Counted from the first letter of the stretch, positions 50,654 to 59,907 are shown. The stretch is 64,000 nt of DNA from Acidimicrobiales bacterium (GCA_049510975.1 JBEKYM010000003.1:32967-96966); one strand, 5' to 3'. Translations and numbers: made by a program. The notes: a model not told the origin generated them from the sequence alone.

Positions 50654-51621
50654 GGCCGGAAGCCTGCCTGCTCGAGGAGGGCCCGCCCGCCGCAGTCCTC
50701 GAGCAGGTGGCGGGCGAGGGAGCGGCCGAGGGCCTCCGGGTCGGTGCCGTTCATCGAGTCGCGTACGAGGACGTGCCCGTCCGGCGAGGCGATCATCGCC
50801 TCCAGCAGCACCGTGTCCGGAGTGTCCGGGGTGCCGGCGCCGGTGCCGGCGGGGACGCATCGGGCGAAGGCTCCCACGGGGGCGTCGCAGCCGCCGCCGA
50901 CGCTGCGCAACCACGCCCGCTCGGCTTCGACCTCCCGGCGGGTCGGCGCGTGGTCGATGGCGCCCAGAGCTTCGAGCGTGGCCTCGTCGTCCGGCCGGCA
51001 GCAGACGGCGATCGCCCCCTGGCCGATCTGGGGGAGCATCTCGGTCGTCGAGAGCACTTGGTCGGCGCGTGCCGACAGACCGAGGCGGTCGAGCGCCGCC
51101 ATGGCCACGACGACCGCCCCTCCCTCCGGCACCTGCTCGAGCCGGGTCGCCATGTTGCCCCTCAGCTCGGCAAAACGCAGATCCGGCCGCAGCCACGCCA
51201 GCTGGGCCCGCCGGCGCACCGAGCCGCTCGCCACGACCGCACCCGCAGCGAGGTCGCCGAGCCGGCGGCCGACGAGGGCATCGCGGGGGTCCGCACGGGG
51301 GAGGTAGGCGGCGATAAGGAGACCACCCGAGACGCTCGAGGGCAGATCCTTGGCCGAGTGCACCGAGGCCTCGGCGCGGCCGGAGAGCACGGCATCGTCG
51401 ATCTCCTTCACGAACACGCCCTGGCCGCCGAGCGCGGCGATGGGGACGTCCCGGCGGAGGTCGCCCGCCGAGTTGAGCGCTAGGCGCTCGACGGCGCCGG
51501 CCCCACCCCCGCCGCCACCCCCAGCCACAGCCAGAGCCAGCGCAGCCGCAACGAGGTCGACCTGCAGGAGCGCCAGCGGGCTCGAGCGCGTCGCCAGCCG
51601 CATCACCGGCGCGGCCGGCAT
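50650..51621 (-). CDS. hemC: Hydroxymethylbilane synthase (porphobilinogen deaminase)
   Basis: 323 aa. …RLATRSSPLALLQ…GQGVFVKEIDDAVL…ASVHSAKDLP…LRGNMATRL…. Confidence 0.93.
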   Translation of the reverse strand: MPAAPVMRLATRSSPLALLQVDLVAAALALAVAGGGGGGGAGAVERLALNSAGDLRRDVPIAALGGQGVFVKEIDDAVLSGRAEASVHSAKDLPSSVSGGLLIAAYLPRADPRDALVGRRLGDLAAGAVVASGSVRRRAQLAWLRPDLRFAELRGNMATRLEQVPEGGAVVVAMAALDRLGLSARADQVLSTTEMLPQIGQGAIAVCCRPDDEATLEALGAIDHAPTRREVEAERAWLRSVGGGCDAPVGAFARCVPAGTGAGTPDTPDTVLLEAMIASPDGHVLVRDSMNGTDPEALGRSLARHLLEDCGGRALLEQAGFRP

Positions 51622-51666
51622 GGCACCTCGGGAACCGTGGAGTGGGCGGGCACGAAGCAGGCGACC

Positions 51667-53097
51667 CTAGAGGTCGAACAGCGCCCGCAACGCCTCCGCC
51701 AGGCGCTCACCCCTCGGCGAGCCCGCCGCCTCCTTCAGGCGGACCGTGGGGTCGTGCAGCAGCTTGGCGACGACGCGGCGGGTGACGATGTCGATCAGCT
51801 CCCGGTCCTCGGCGCTGAGGGATCCGAGCCGTGCGCGGTGGCGCTCGAGCTCGGCGGCGCGGAGCATCTCCGCCCGCTCGCGCAAGGCCGCCACGACCGG
51901 CGCCGCCAGGCGGCCGGCGGCCGTCGAACGGTAGCGGTCGAGCTCCTCGGCGAGGATGACGCGCACCGCCGGGACCTCCCCGAGGCGGCCCGCCATCTGC
52001 TCCTCGGCGTACCGGCGGACGTCCTCGACGTCGAGCCGGACGACGCCGTCGAGCGAGTCGACCGACGGATCCACGTCTCGGGGGATGGCGAGGTCGACGA
52101 CGACCATCGGCCGCACGCCGTCCGCCGGCGCACCCGCCGGCGCACCCGCCGCCGGCACCCAGCGGGCTTGGCGCACTCGCAGGGCGGTCTCGAACATCTC
52201 CGCCCCCATGACGATCTCCTCAGCCGCCGTCGAGGTGAGCACGACGTCGGCCGCTTCCAGCTCGGCGCCGATCTCGGCGAGGCCGACGACGCGGCCCGCC
52301 AGCATGTCGGCCACCTCGGCGGCCCGGTCGGCGCCGCGGTTGGCGACGACGACCTCGCCGGTGAGGTCGGCGCGGCCTGCCAGCGCCCGGCCCATGCCGG
52401 CGCCCATCTCCCCGGCGCCGATCAACAGCAGCTGCTTGCCCGCAAAACCGTGCGCCCGGTCCGCCGCCAGCTCCACGGCGGCGTTCGCCAGCGACGTCGT
52501 GCCGCGCTGGATGGCGGTCTCGGTGCGGGCGCGTTTTCCCGCCTCGACGGCGTGGCGAAAGAGCGGCCCGAGCACGGTGCCGGCGGCGTTCTCCTGGCGA
52601 GCGGACTCGGCGGCGTCGCGCACCTGGCGCAGGATCTCGCCTTCTCCGAGGACGGGCGAGTCGATGCCCGCAGCCACCTCGAACAGGTAGGCGATGGCGG
52701 CATCGTCGTAGCGGCACGTCAGCCCGCCACCGAGCTCGAGCACGCCGCCGCCGGCCTCGGGGCGCCGCTCGCCGGCCTCCAAGTGCTCACCACCTTGGCT
52801 GGCCTGCGTCGATCCGGGATGACCCATCGAGTCGCCGGCGGACGCCCTGCTCCGCCCGCCGGCGCCCATGCGGGATGCGAAGAACGCCTCGATCTCGGCG
52901 ACGCCGTCGTGAAAGCGTTCGACGACGGCGTAGACCTCGGTGCGCAGGCACGTCGAAAGGATGATCGCCTCGGACAGGTGCGGGCTCGCGACGAGACCGG
53001 CGAGCGCCTTGCGCACCTCGTGCTCGCTGACGGCGACCCGCTCGAAGACCTCGAGAGGCGCATCCCGTTCGTGCATTCCGACGACGACGACCGCCAC
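51667..53097 (-). CDS. hemA: Glutamyl-tRNA reductase
   Basis: 476 aa. …AIILSTCLRTEVYA…AYLFEVAAGIDSPVLGEGEILRQV…LLIGAGEMG…. Confidence 0.92.
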   Translation of the reverse strand: MAVVVVGMHERDAPLEVFERVAVSEHEVRKALAGLVASPHLSEAIILSTCLRTEVYAVVERFHDGVAEIEAFFASRMGAGGRSRASAGDSMGHPGSTQASQGGEHLEAGERRPEAGGGVLELGGGLTCRYDDAAIAYLFEVAAGIDSPVLGEGEILRQVRDAAESARQENAAGTVLGPLFRHAVEAGKRARTETAIQRGTTSLANAAVELAADRAHGFAGKQLLLIGAGEMGAGMGRALAGRADLTGEVVVANRGADRAAEVADMLAGRVVGLAEIGAELEAADVVLTSTAAEEIVMGAEMFETALRVRQARWVPAAGAPAGAPADGVRPMVVVDLAIPRDVDPSVDSLDGVVRLDVEDVRRYAEEQMAGRLGEVPAVRVILAEELDRYRSTAAGRLAAPVVAALRERAEMLRAAELERHRARLGSLSAEDRELIDIVTRRVVAKLLHDPTVRLKEAAGSPRGERLAEALRALFDL

Positions 53098-53218
53098 GGG
53101 CGGTTCCCTCTCCCTCCAGGACGCCGCCGGTCGGCGACTCCAGTCTCACGGCGCCGCTCACGGGCGCACGCAGCAGGTGCCGCATCGCTGCACACCTGCA
53201 ACGAGCGTACCCGGACGA

Positions 53219-53920
53219 TCAAGACCCGAGTCTCGCGACCGCCTCCGATCGATCGGTGACCCCGTCGGAACGCCCCGTGACGGCTTCCGGGTGGGCCTGG
53301 TAGAACGCCAGCACCTGCAGCTCTGCCGAGAAGTCGACGTGGCGGACCTGTACGTTCGGCGGAACCGAGAGCACGGTGGGGGCGAAGTTCAAGATGGCGT
53401 TCACGCCCGCCTCCACCATCGTCTCGGCGACGTCCTGGGCGGCACCGGCCGGTGTCGTGATCACGCCGATGCCGGCGCCCCGCTCCCGGCAAGCTGCCGG
53501 CAGCTCGGAGATGTGCTCCACGGCCAGCCCGGCGATGAGCTCGCCGATCGTGCCGGGGTCGATGTCGAACAGCCCGACGATGCGGAACCCTCCCGCCACG
53601 AAACCCGGCGACCGCGCGAGCGCATGGCCGAGATGACCCATGCCCGCCATGACGACGGCCCGCTCCTGGTCGATCCCGAGCTCCCGCTGCACCTGGCCGA
53701 GGAGGTAGTCGACGTCGTAGCCCGTCCCCCGCGTCCCGTACGTGCCGAAATGGGAGAGGTCCTTGCGCACTTTGGCGGCGTTCACGCCGCAGGCGTCGGC
53801 GAGCTCGGCGGAGGAGACCGTGGAGACCGAGTGGCGCGCCAGCTCGTGCAAGACGCGCTGGTACAGGGGAAGACGGACGACTGTCGGCTCAGGTACTCGC
53901 CGTCCGAAGCGCTCGGGCAT
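53219..53920 (-). CDS. rex: Redox-sensing transcriptional repressor Rex
   Basis: …VVRLPLYQRVL…VSSAELADACGVNAAKVRKDLSHFGTYGTRGTGYDVDYL…MAGMGHLGHAL… Start trimmed to ATG 53920. The rex-hemA arrangement is as in other Actinobacteria. Confidence 0.9.
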   Translation of the reverse strand: MPERFGRRVPEPTVVRLPLYQRVLHELARHSVSTVSSAELADACGVNAAKVRKDLSHFGTYGTRGTGYDVDYLLGQVQRELGIDQERAVVMAGMGHLGHALARSPGFVAGGFRIVGLFDIDPGTIGELIAGLAVEHISELPAACRERGAGIGVITTPAGAAQDVAETMVEAGVNAILNFAPTVLSVPPNVQVRHVDFSAELQVLAFYQAHPEAVTGRSDGVTDRSEAVARLGS

Positions 53921-54094
53921 GGGGGGCGATGGTAACGAGGGGGACCCGGCTCTCACAAAAGCGCCGGTCACACGGTCGGTTCGGGCCGGCGGCGGGCGGC
54001 TTGGGGCGGCAGCGGGCGGCGTTTCGCCGACGGCAAGCGGTGTTCCGCCGTCCAGCACCGACCCGAAGACCGCCGCAACCGGGCACAGCGAGCC

Positions 54095-55621
54095 TCAGGC
54101 GAGCGCTCGGCGGAGGGCCTTTCCTTGCATGCCGCGGGGCAGCTGGCGGACGAACACGACGCTGCTCGGGCACTTGTAGCGAGCGAGACGGCGGCTGCAG
54201 AACTCGATGAGCTCGGGGCCGGTGACGCCGTCAGGCGCGGCGGCGCCCTCCGGCCAGGAATCGGGGCGGGGCACCACGAAGGCCCGGACCGACTCGCCCA
54301 GCAGCGGGTCGGGCACGCCGATGACGACCGCCTCCGCCACGGCCGGGTGCTCCTCGAGCACGTGCTCGACCTCGGCGGGAAAGACGTTGAAACCGGACAC
54401 GATCACGAGATCCTTGTGGCGGTCCACGATCGTGAGCGAGCCGTCGTCGTCCATGACGCCGACGTCGCCGGTGTGCAGCCAGCCGGCGCGATCGAGGGCG
54501 GCCCTCGTGGCGAGGACGTCCTCGAAGTAGCCGGCGAAGACGTTGGGGCCGCGGACGAGAATCTCGCCCGGATCGCCGTGCTCGACCACCCCGCCGTCGG
54601 CGTCGACGATCTGCACCTCGATGCCGGCGAGGGGCACGCCGACCGCCAGCGGGCGCCGGGTGCCCTTGAGGTCGGGAAACGTCACCGTCGGCGAAGCCTC
54701 CGTGAGGCCGTACGCCTGCCAGATGGGGACGCCGAATCGGGCCTCGAAGCTCTCGGCCACCTCGGCGGTGAGCGGGGCGGCCCCGGAGATGGCGATGCGC
54801 ACCGAGGCCAGCTCCTTGCCGGTGGCCTGCGGGAAGGACTCGAGGGCGGCGAACAGCTGGGGCACCCCAGGCAGCACCGTGACCTGCTCGCGGGCGACGA
54901 CCTCCAACAGCGAGGCGGGATCGAACCGTTCCAGCAGGACCGTGCGGGCGCCGGAGAACAGGTTCGTGCCGAGCACGGCGTTCAGCCCGTAGATGTGGAA
55001 CGGCGGGATGACGAGCAGCCCGACGTCTTCGGCCGACACTGCCAGGCCCACCGCGAGCGACATCTGGTCGATGTTGGCGCGCAAGCTCCCGTGGGTGAGG
55101 ATGGCCGCCTTCGGCGAGCCGGCCGTGCCCGAGGTGAACAGCAGGACGGCCGCGTCCTCGGAGGCACGATCGACCATCGCCTCCTCCGGCTCGCTCGCTG
55201 CGGCCCCCGCGCCCGTGCCGCCGCCGGCGCCGCCGAGGAGCCCGTCCTCGCCGAGCTCGAACACCTGGTAGCCGAGGTCGGCGATGGAGCCCGCCGCCGC
55301 CGTTGCCCGGGGACCGCCGAGGAGCACCGCAGCGGCCCGAACCGTCCCGAGCTCAGTGGCGAGCTCGGCAATCGGGCTCTCGGGGTTGAGGGGCACGGCA
55401 ACGGCGCCGGCGGCCAGCACGCCGAGGTAGGCCACGACGAAGGCAGGCGTCGTCGGGAAGACGAGCGCCACGTGGTCGCCCGCGACGATGCCAGCGCCCG
55501 CCAGGCCGGTTCGCACCCGGGCCGCCCGCTCGCGCAGCTCGCCGTAGGTGAGCTGCGAGCCGTCATGGCTCAAGGCCACGGACGCGGCCGGATGCGATTC
55601 GATGATTGCAGCGAGGTTCAC
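54095..55621 (-). CDS. AMP-dependent acyl-CoA synthetase/ligase (FadD-like)
   Basis: 508 aa. AMP-binding motif …LLFTSGTAGSPKAAILTH… and …GWLHTGDVGVMDDDGSLTIVDRHKDLV… Substrate not determinable. Confidence 0.85.
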   Translation of the reverse strand: MNLAAIIESHPAASVALSHDGSQLTYGELRERAARVRTGLAGAGIVAGDHVALVFPTTPAFVVAYLGVLAAGAVAVPLNPESPIAELATELGTVRAAAVLLGGPRATAAAGSIADLGYQVFELGEDGLLGGAGGGTGAGAAASEPEEAMVDRASEDAAVLLFTSGTAGSPKAAILTHGSLRANIDQMSLAVGLAVSAEDVGLLVIPPFHIYGLNAVLGTNLFSGARTVLLERFDPASLLEVVAREQVTVLPGVPQLFAALESFPQATGKELASVRIAISGAAPLTAEVAESFEARFGVPIWQAYGLTEASPTVTFPDLKGTRRPLAVGVPLAGIEVQIVDADGGVVEHGDPGEILVRGPNVFAGYFEDVLATRAALDRAGWLHTGDVGVMDDDGSLTIVDRHKDLVIVSGFNVFPAEVEHVLEEHPAVAEAVVIGVPDPLLGESVRAFVVPRPDSWPEGAAAPDGVTGPELIEFCSRRLARYKCPSSVVFVRQLPRGMQGKALRRALA

Positions 55622-55735
55622 GATGGGGTTGCTCCTGTGCCACGCAGGCGGCCACGCGAGCCGTCCCGTCGGTTCCTGGACAGGCGCTCCGCCCGCCGTC
55701 GAGGCGCAACCCTAGTCAGCCCTCGGCGCCGCCTG

Positions 55736-55933
55736 TCATCCCGCCTCCGTGAAGCGCTCCGATAGGTATCGGTTCACGTCTTCGTCTCTCAACCGGTACG
55801 ACTTCCCGACTCGGACCGCAGGAAGCTGCCCGGAGCTGATGAGGCGATACACGGTCATGCTCGAAACCCGCAATACTCGGGCAACTTCCGCGACTGTGTA
55901 GAACCTCGCCTTTGAGTAATCGATGCTCGTCAG
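55736..55933 (-). CDS. Small excisionase-family helix-turn-helix DNA-binding protein (65 aa)
   Basis: Hand translation: (L)TSIDYSKARFYTVAEVARVLRVSSMTVYRLISSGQLPAVRVGKSYRLRDEDVNRYLSERFTEAG. An in-frame TAA lies directly upstream. The only plausible initiator is CTG 55933, 8 nt after GGAGAGGGG. Sits downstream of proC. Confidence 0.65.
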   Translation of the reverse strand: MTSIDYSKARFYTVAEVARVLRVSSMTVYRLISSGQLPAVRVGKSYRLRDEDVNRYLSERFTEAG

Positions 55934-55996
55934 TTAGATCACCCCTCTCCGCCTGACCACAACTGTACGCCACTGTGGCTGGTGTGGAAACTGTGA

Positions 55997-56788
55997 CTAG
56001 CTCTGACCCAATTCTCGGGCTCTGGCGGACGCCGCCGCCACGGCATCGATGACGGAGCCGCGCACCGCCCCGCGCTCGAGCACCCGCAGGCCGGCGGCCG
56101 TCGTGCCCCCCGGTGAGGTGATCGCCGCCCGCAGCACCTCGGGAGAATCGCCGGTCTCGACGAGCAGCCGAGCCGATCCGAGGAGCGTATGGATGACGAG
56201 CAAGCGGCTGACGTCGCGCTCGAGGCCCTCCGACACGCCGGCTTCGATCATGGCCTCGGCGAGCAGGAAGAAGTAGGCCGGTCCGGAGCCCGACAAGCCC
56301 GTCACGGCGTCGATCGACGCCTCGCTCACGCGGGCGACCACCCCGAAGGCCGAGAGCACGGACTCGCCCCAAGTAAAGTCCGACTCGCTCACCGACGTCC
56401 CGCCCGCCAGCGCAGAGGCGGCCGAGCCGACGATTGCCGGCAAGTTCGGCATCGCCCGCAGCACGGCGGTACCCGGCGGCAGCCACGCCTCCAGCTTGCC
56501 GATCGTGACGCCCGCCATGATCGAGAGCACCTTGGGTGGCCTGGATGCGGTCAGGGACCGGGCGGCGACCTCGGCGTCGTGCGGCTTGACGGCGAGCACG
56601 GCCGAGTCGGCCGCGACCGGCTCGGCGACGACCGTCACGCCAGGGAAGCGGTGGGCGATCTCGTCTCGGGCCGCTTCGAGCGGCTCGGCGATGGCCAGGT
56701 CGGAGGGTTCCACCCAGCCGGACCGCAGGAGGCCGCCGATGAGCGCCTTGCCCATCCGCCCGCCGCCGACGACGACGAGCCGGGTCAC
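55997..56788 (-). CDS. proC: Pyrroline-5-carboxylate reductase
   Basis: …LVVVGGGRMGKALIGGL…AVKPHD…AMPNLPAIVG…VTGLSGSGPAYFFLLAEAM…AITSPGGTTAAGL… Start set to GTG 56788, 1 nt after the mshA stop. Confidence 0.92.
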   Translation of the reverse strand: MTRLVVVGGGRMGKALIGGLLRSGWVEPSDLAIAEPLEAARDEIAHRFPGVTVVAEPVAADSAVLAVKPHDAEVAARSLTASRPPKVLSIMAGVTIGKLEAWLPPGTAVLRAMPNLPAIVGSAASALAGGTSVSESDFTWGESVLSAFGVVARVSEASIDAVTGLSGSGPAYFFLLAEAMIEAGVSEGLERDVSRLLVIHTLLGSARLLVETGDSPEVLRAAITSPGGTTAAGLRVLERGAVRGSVIDAVAAASARARELGQS

Positions 56789-56789
56789 C

Positions 56790-58085
56790 TCAGCACTCGA
56801 CGAGCTCGCGGGAGGTGAGCTCGGCATACAGCCTCCGCAGCCGGGTGGCGGCCGTCGCCCAGGTGTAGGCCTGTGCCATGGCGGCGCCGCCGGCGCCGAG
56901 GTCTGCCTGCAGGATCGGGTCGGTGACGATCTCGGCCACCCGCTTTGCGAAGCCTTCGGCGTCGCCGGAGTCGACGAGGTAGCCGGTGACGCCGTCGTCC
57001 ACGAGCGTCGTGAGGCCACCGACGGCGGAGGCGACGACCGGGATGCCGCAGGCGGAGGCTTCGAGGGCGACGAGCCCGAAGGACTCCGAGCGGGAGGGCA
57101 CCAAGCAGCAGTCGGCGGCGCGGTAGTACGTGGAGAGGAGCTCGTGAGGCTGCGGCCGGTGAAAGAGCACCCGCTGATCGAGCCCGAGGTCGTCCACGAG
57201 GCGATGAATGGCGGCGAGCTCCTCGTCCCCGTGCGGGCCGCTCGGTCCGCCGACGATCACGAGCCGGGCGTCGTTCACCCCGCCGGCATGCAGGGCGGCC
57301 AGTGCCCGCACGGCGACGTCGGCGCCCTTCAGCGGCTGGATGCGCCCGACGTAGAGCAAGAGCGGGCCGCTGGCGCCGTCGAGGCCGAGGGCGCGCTGGG
57401 CCATGCGGCGGTCGCCCGGCGAGAAGAAAGCGTGGTCGACGCCGAGGGGCACGATCTCGATGCGGTCTCGCTCGGCGTCGTACAGCTGCACGAGCTGCTC
57501 GCGCTCGACGTCGCAGGAGGCGAGGAGGGCGTCGGAGCAGCCGATGATGGTCGCCTCCGCCTCGGCGCGGCGGGCGCCGGCGGACGCCTCCACCTCCTCG
57601 GGGCTGGCGATGGCCTTCACCCGGTCGAGGGTGTGGAACGTCGAGATGAGCGGCAGGTCGAGCCGGTGCTTGATGGCATGCCCGGCCAGCCCGGAGAGCC
57701 AGTAGTTGGCGTGCACCGCACAAGCGCCCGCCTCGAACGGCCCGAAACTCCCCGTCCCCGGACCCGCCAGCCGGGCGACGCCTCCGGTCATGTGCTCGAT
57801 CACTCCCTCGGTGAACTCCTCCACATGGGTGTGCAGGCGTTCCTTCGGGACCGAGCTGACCGGGCCGGCGGTGATGTGGTGGACGGCAACGCCGGGCTCG
57901 ACGAAGACGGTGTCCGCCAGCTCGCGCCGGTCACGCCGGGTGTAGACGTCGCAGGCCACACCGGCGCGGGCAAGGGCGGTGGACAGCTCCCGGACATAGA
58001 CGTTCATGCCGCCGCCGTCGCCGGTGCCGGGTTGAGCCAGCGGTGAAGTGTGCAGGGAGAGCACAGCGAGCCTGCGCATCGCCAT
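56790..58085 (-). CDS. mshA: D-inositol-3-phosphate glycosyltransferase (mycothiol biosynthesis, GT4)
   Basis: 431 aa. The N-terminal …LAVLSLHTSPLAQPGTGDGGGMNVYVRELS… is the characteristic MshA signature. C-terminal GT4 motifs (…PSRSESFGLVALEA…). Confidence 0.88.
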   Translation of the reverse strand: MAMRRLAVLSLHTSPLAQPGTGDGGGMNVYVRELSTALARAGVACDVYTRRDRRELADTVFVEPGVAVHHITAGPVSSVPKERLHTHVEEFTEGVIEHMTGGVARLAGPGTGSFGPFEAGACAVHANYWLSGLAGHAIKHRLDLPLISTFHTLDRVKAIASPEEVEASAGARRAEAEATIIGCSDALLASCDVEREQLVQLYDAERDRIEIVPLGVDHAFFSPGDRRMAQRALGLDGASGPLLLYVGRIQPLKGADVAVRALAALHAGGVNDARLVIVGGPSGPHGDEELAAIHRLVDDLGLDQRVLFHRPQPHELLSTYYRAADCCLVPSRSESFGLVALEASACGIPVVASAVGGLTTLVDDGVTGYLVDSGDAEGFAKRVAEIVTDPILQADLGAGGAAMAQAYTWATAATRLRRLYAELTSRELVEC

Positions 58086-58090
58086 CGAGC

Positions 58091-58531
58091 CTACTGAGGG
58101 CGGTCCTCGTCGCCGGCCCCGACATCGCCGTCGCCACTGCCACCGTCGCCGGCAACGGCGTCGGTCTCGAGCGGGCCTGCGGCTGGCCCGTCCTCGGCGT
58201 GGCCGCGAAACGAGAGGTAGATGGCGATGAGGACCTGCTTCTGCTGGTCGTCGATGTCGGTGGCGGCGTAGATGTGGCCGACGAGGTCGGCGTTCATGTC
58301 GCGGTGGTCGTCGAGGATGCCGGCTCGGACATAGAGCGTCTCCGCGGAGATGCGCAGCGCCTTGGCGATCTGCTGGAGGATCTCGGCTGACGGCTTGCGC
58401 AGCCCTCGCTCGATCTGGCTGAGGTACGGGTTCGAGATGCCGGCGATCTCCGACATTCGCCGGAGGCTCAGGCGCGCCATCTCTCGCTGCGAGCGGATGA
58501 ACGTGCCGAGGTCCGTCCAGCGGTCAGGCAT
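58091..58531 (-). CDS. XRE-family helix-turn-helix transcriptional regulator with acidic tail
   Basis: 146 aa. …LGTFIRSQREMARLSLRRMSEIAGISNPYLSQIERGLRKPSAEILQQIAKAL… It lies 5 nt downstream of the RsiG-like gene and 5 nt upstream of mshA. Confidence 0.85.
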   Translation of the reverse strand: MPDRWTDLGTFIRSQREMARLSLRRMSEIAGISNPYLSQIERGLRKPSAEILQQIAKALRISAETLYVRAGILDDHRDMNADLVGHIYAATDIDDQQKQVLIAIYLSFRGHAEDGPAAGPLETDAVAGDGGSGDGDVGAGDEDRPQ

Positions 58532-58536
58532 CTCTT

Positions 58537-59268
58537 TCAGGGTGACTCGCCCGCCTCTGCTTCGTCGCCGGCGTCGGCCGGCCCGTCGGTGCCGGCGTCG
58601 CCGGCTGCCGCGGGGTTGTGATCCGCCAGCAAGGTGTCCGCCCGGGCGGCGCCGGACTTGTAGCGCTCGACCACGATCGCCTGCAGCATGTCGATCCGCT
58701 CGTGCAGCACGCGACGCTCGGCCGAGAGGATGCCCTCGTGCCGGCGGAGGCGCTCCAGGAGATCGGTGAGCTCGGCGTCGGCGAAGCTCTCGAGATTGGC
58801 GCCGGGCATCGTGCCGCCCTTGAAGGTCGTCTCGGCCAGCTCGGGGGAGATGACGGCGGCGATCTCGTCAGGGGCGAGGCCGGCCTCCTCGGCAAAGACC
58901 TCCGACACCGCCGGCATGGAGAGCAAGGAAGTCGTCTGCCGCCCGGGCGACGGTGGCGCCTGATCGCCGTTGCTGCTGCCGGTGCCCGTGGCGGCGGAGT
59001 GGGAACCGGCGAGGATGGTCGGCAGATCCTCGACAAGACGATGCTGATGCCCCCCCGCCCCGCCGCCGAGGCGGATCTCCATCTCGGCCACGACGAGGTC
59101 GATCTGGCCCTGCACGACACGGCGCAGGTACGACACGAGGTCCTCGATCTGGCGGCATTCGGCTCGCTTGGCGCGCAGCTCGCTCACGGGGGCCTCCGCC
59201 AGACCCTCCACGAACTCGGGGGCCAGCAGCCTGTCCACGTCCTTCCTCTGCAGACCCTTCGGGCTCAA
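58537..59268 (-). CDS. RsiG-like protein (putative c-di-GMP-binding anti-sigma factor)
   Basis: 243 aa, TTG start preceded by GGGAGGGA. Residues 42-57, EDLVSYLRRVVQGQID, match E-x3-S-x2-R-x3-Q-x3-D exactly. Residues 178-193, EGILSAERRVLHERID, match except for H in place of Q. Confidence 0.65.
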   Translation of the reverse strand: MSPKGLQRKDVDRLLAPEFVEGLAEAPVSELRAKRAECRQIEDLVSYLRRVVQGQIDLVVAEMEIRLGGGAGGHQHRLVEDLPTILAGSHSAATGTGSSNGDQAPPSPGRQTTSLLSMPAVSEVFAEEAGLAPDEIAAVISPELAETTFKGGTMPGANLESFADAELTDLLERLRRHEGILSAERRVLHERIDMLQAIVVERYKSGAARADTLLADHNPAAAGDAGTDGPADAGDEAEAGESP

Positions 59269-59448
59269 CTCCGGTCCCTCCCTTCGAGGCTCACCATGGT
59301 GCCGCCGGCGCCTTGCCCGGGCTCACGTGATCGATCTGCCCGAAACCCGACGCTGGCGTGCCGGGGAGCCGGCAGGCCGAAGCGGCATTCGTTCGCAGCG
59401 TAGTGCCTCCACGGCGCCGCCTCTCCGTCCCTGGCCGCGGGCCGTGGC

Positions 59449-59907
59449 TCAGCGCCCGGGCGACGACCGGTGGTAGGGGGACCAGTAGCACCAGAGCACC
59501 CGGCCGAGCACGGCCGTGCGGGGTACGGGCCCGAAGTGCCGGCTGTCGCGGCTCGGCCCGGCGTTGTCACCCTCCACCCGCACCGAACCTCGGTCGACGC
59601 CGGCGACACGCTTCACGAGGACGCCCCCCTCGTCGTCGGGGTCACGAAAGGCGATGATGTCGCCGACGGTGATGCGATCCGTCCGCAGCACGAGCACCCG
59701 GTCGCCCGGCGCCAGCACCGGCACCATGCTCAAGCCCTCGATCCGCAACCGCAGCAGCCGCCGCTTGGCGACGACGGCGGCCGTCACCAACGTCAGGGCC
59801 GACGCCGTGCCGGCAGCGGCCAGGGCGTAGCGCCGCGCCAGCCGGCGGTCGACGGCGGCCAGGCGCACCCGCAGGCGCCCCAGCCTCGAGCCCTCTGCTG
59901 CGATCAC
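59449..59907 (-). CDS. sodX: S26-family signal-peptidase-like Ni-SOD maturation protease
   Basis: 152 aa. N-terminal TM, then …IEGLSMVPVLAPGDRVLV…VKRVAG…GDNAGPSRDSRHFGPV… Divergent from sodN. Confidence 0.82.
   Translation of the reverse strand: MIAAEGSRLGRLRVRLAAVDRRLARRYALAAAGTASALTLVTAAVVAKRRLLRLRIEGLSMVPVLAPGDRVLVLRTDRITVGDIIAFRDPDDEGGVLVKRVAGVDRGSVRVEGDNAGPSRDSRHFGPVPRTAVLGRVLWCYWSPYHRSSPGR

Noticed and set aside
53941-53975. Rex operator upstream of rex (TCACAA…TCACAC)
   Set aside because: Only two same-orientation half-site-like hexamers are present. There is no TTGTGAA-N-TTCACAA-type inverted repeat. I also found no convincing Rex box upstream of nuoA or hemA by eye.
55736-55933. 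Excisionase gene as evidence of a prophage or integrative element
   Set aside because: There is no integrase, att-like repeats or phage genes nearby. A small Xis-type HTH gene beside proC appears to be conserved core synteny in Actinobacteria.
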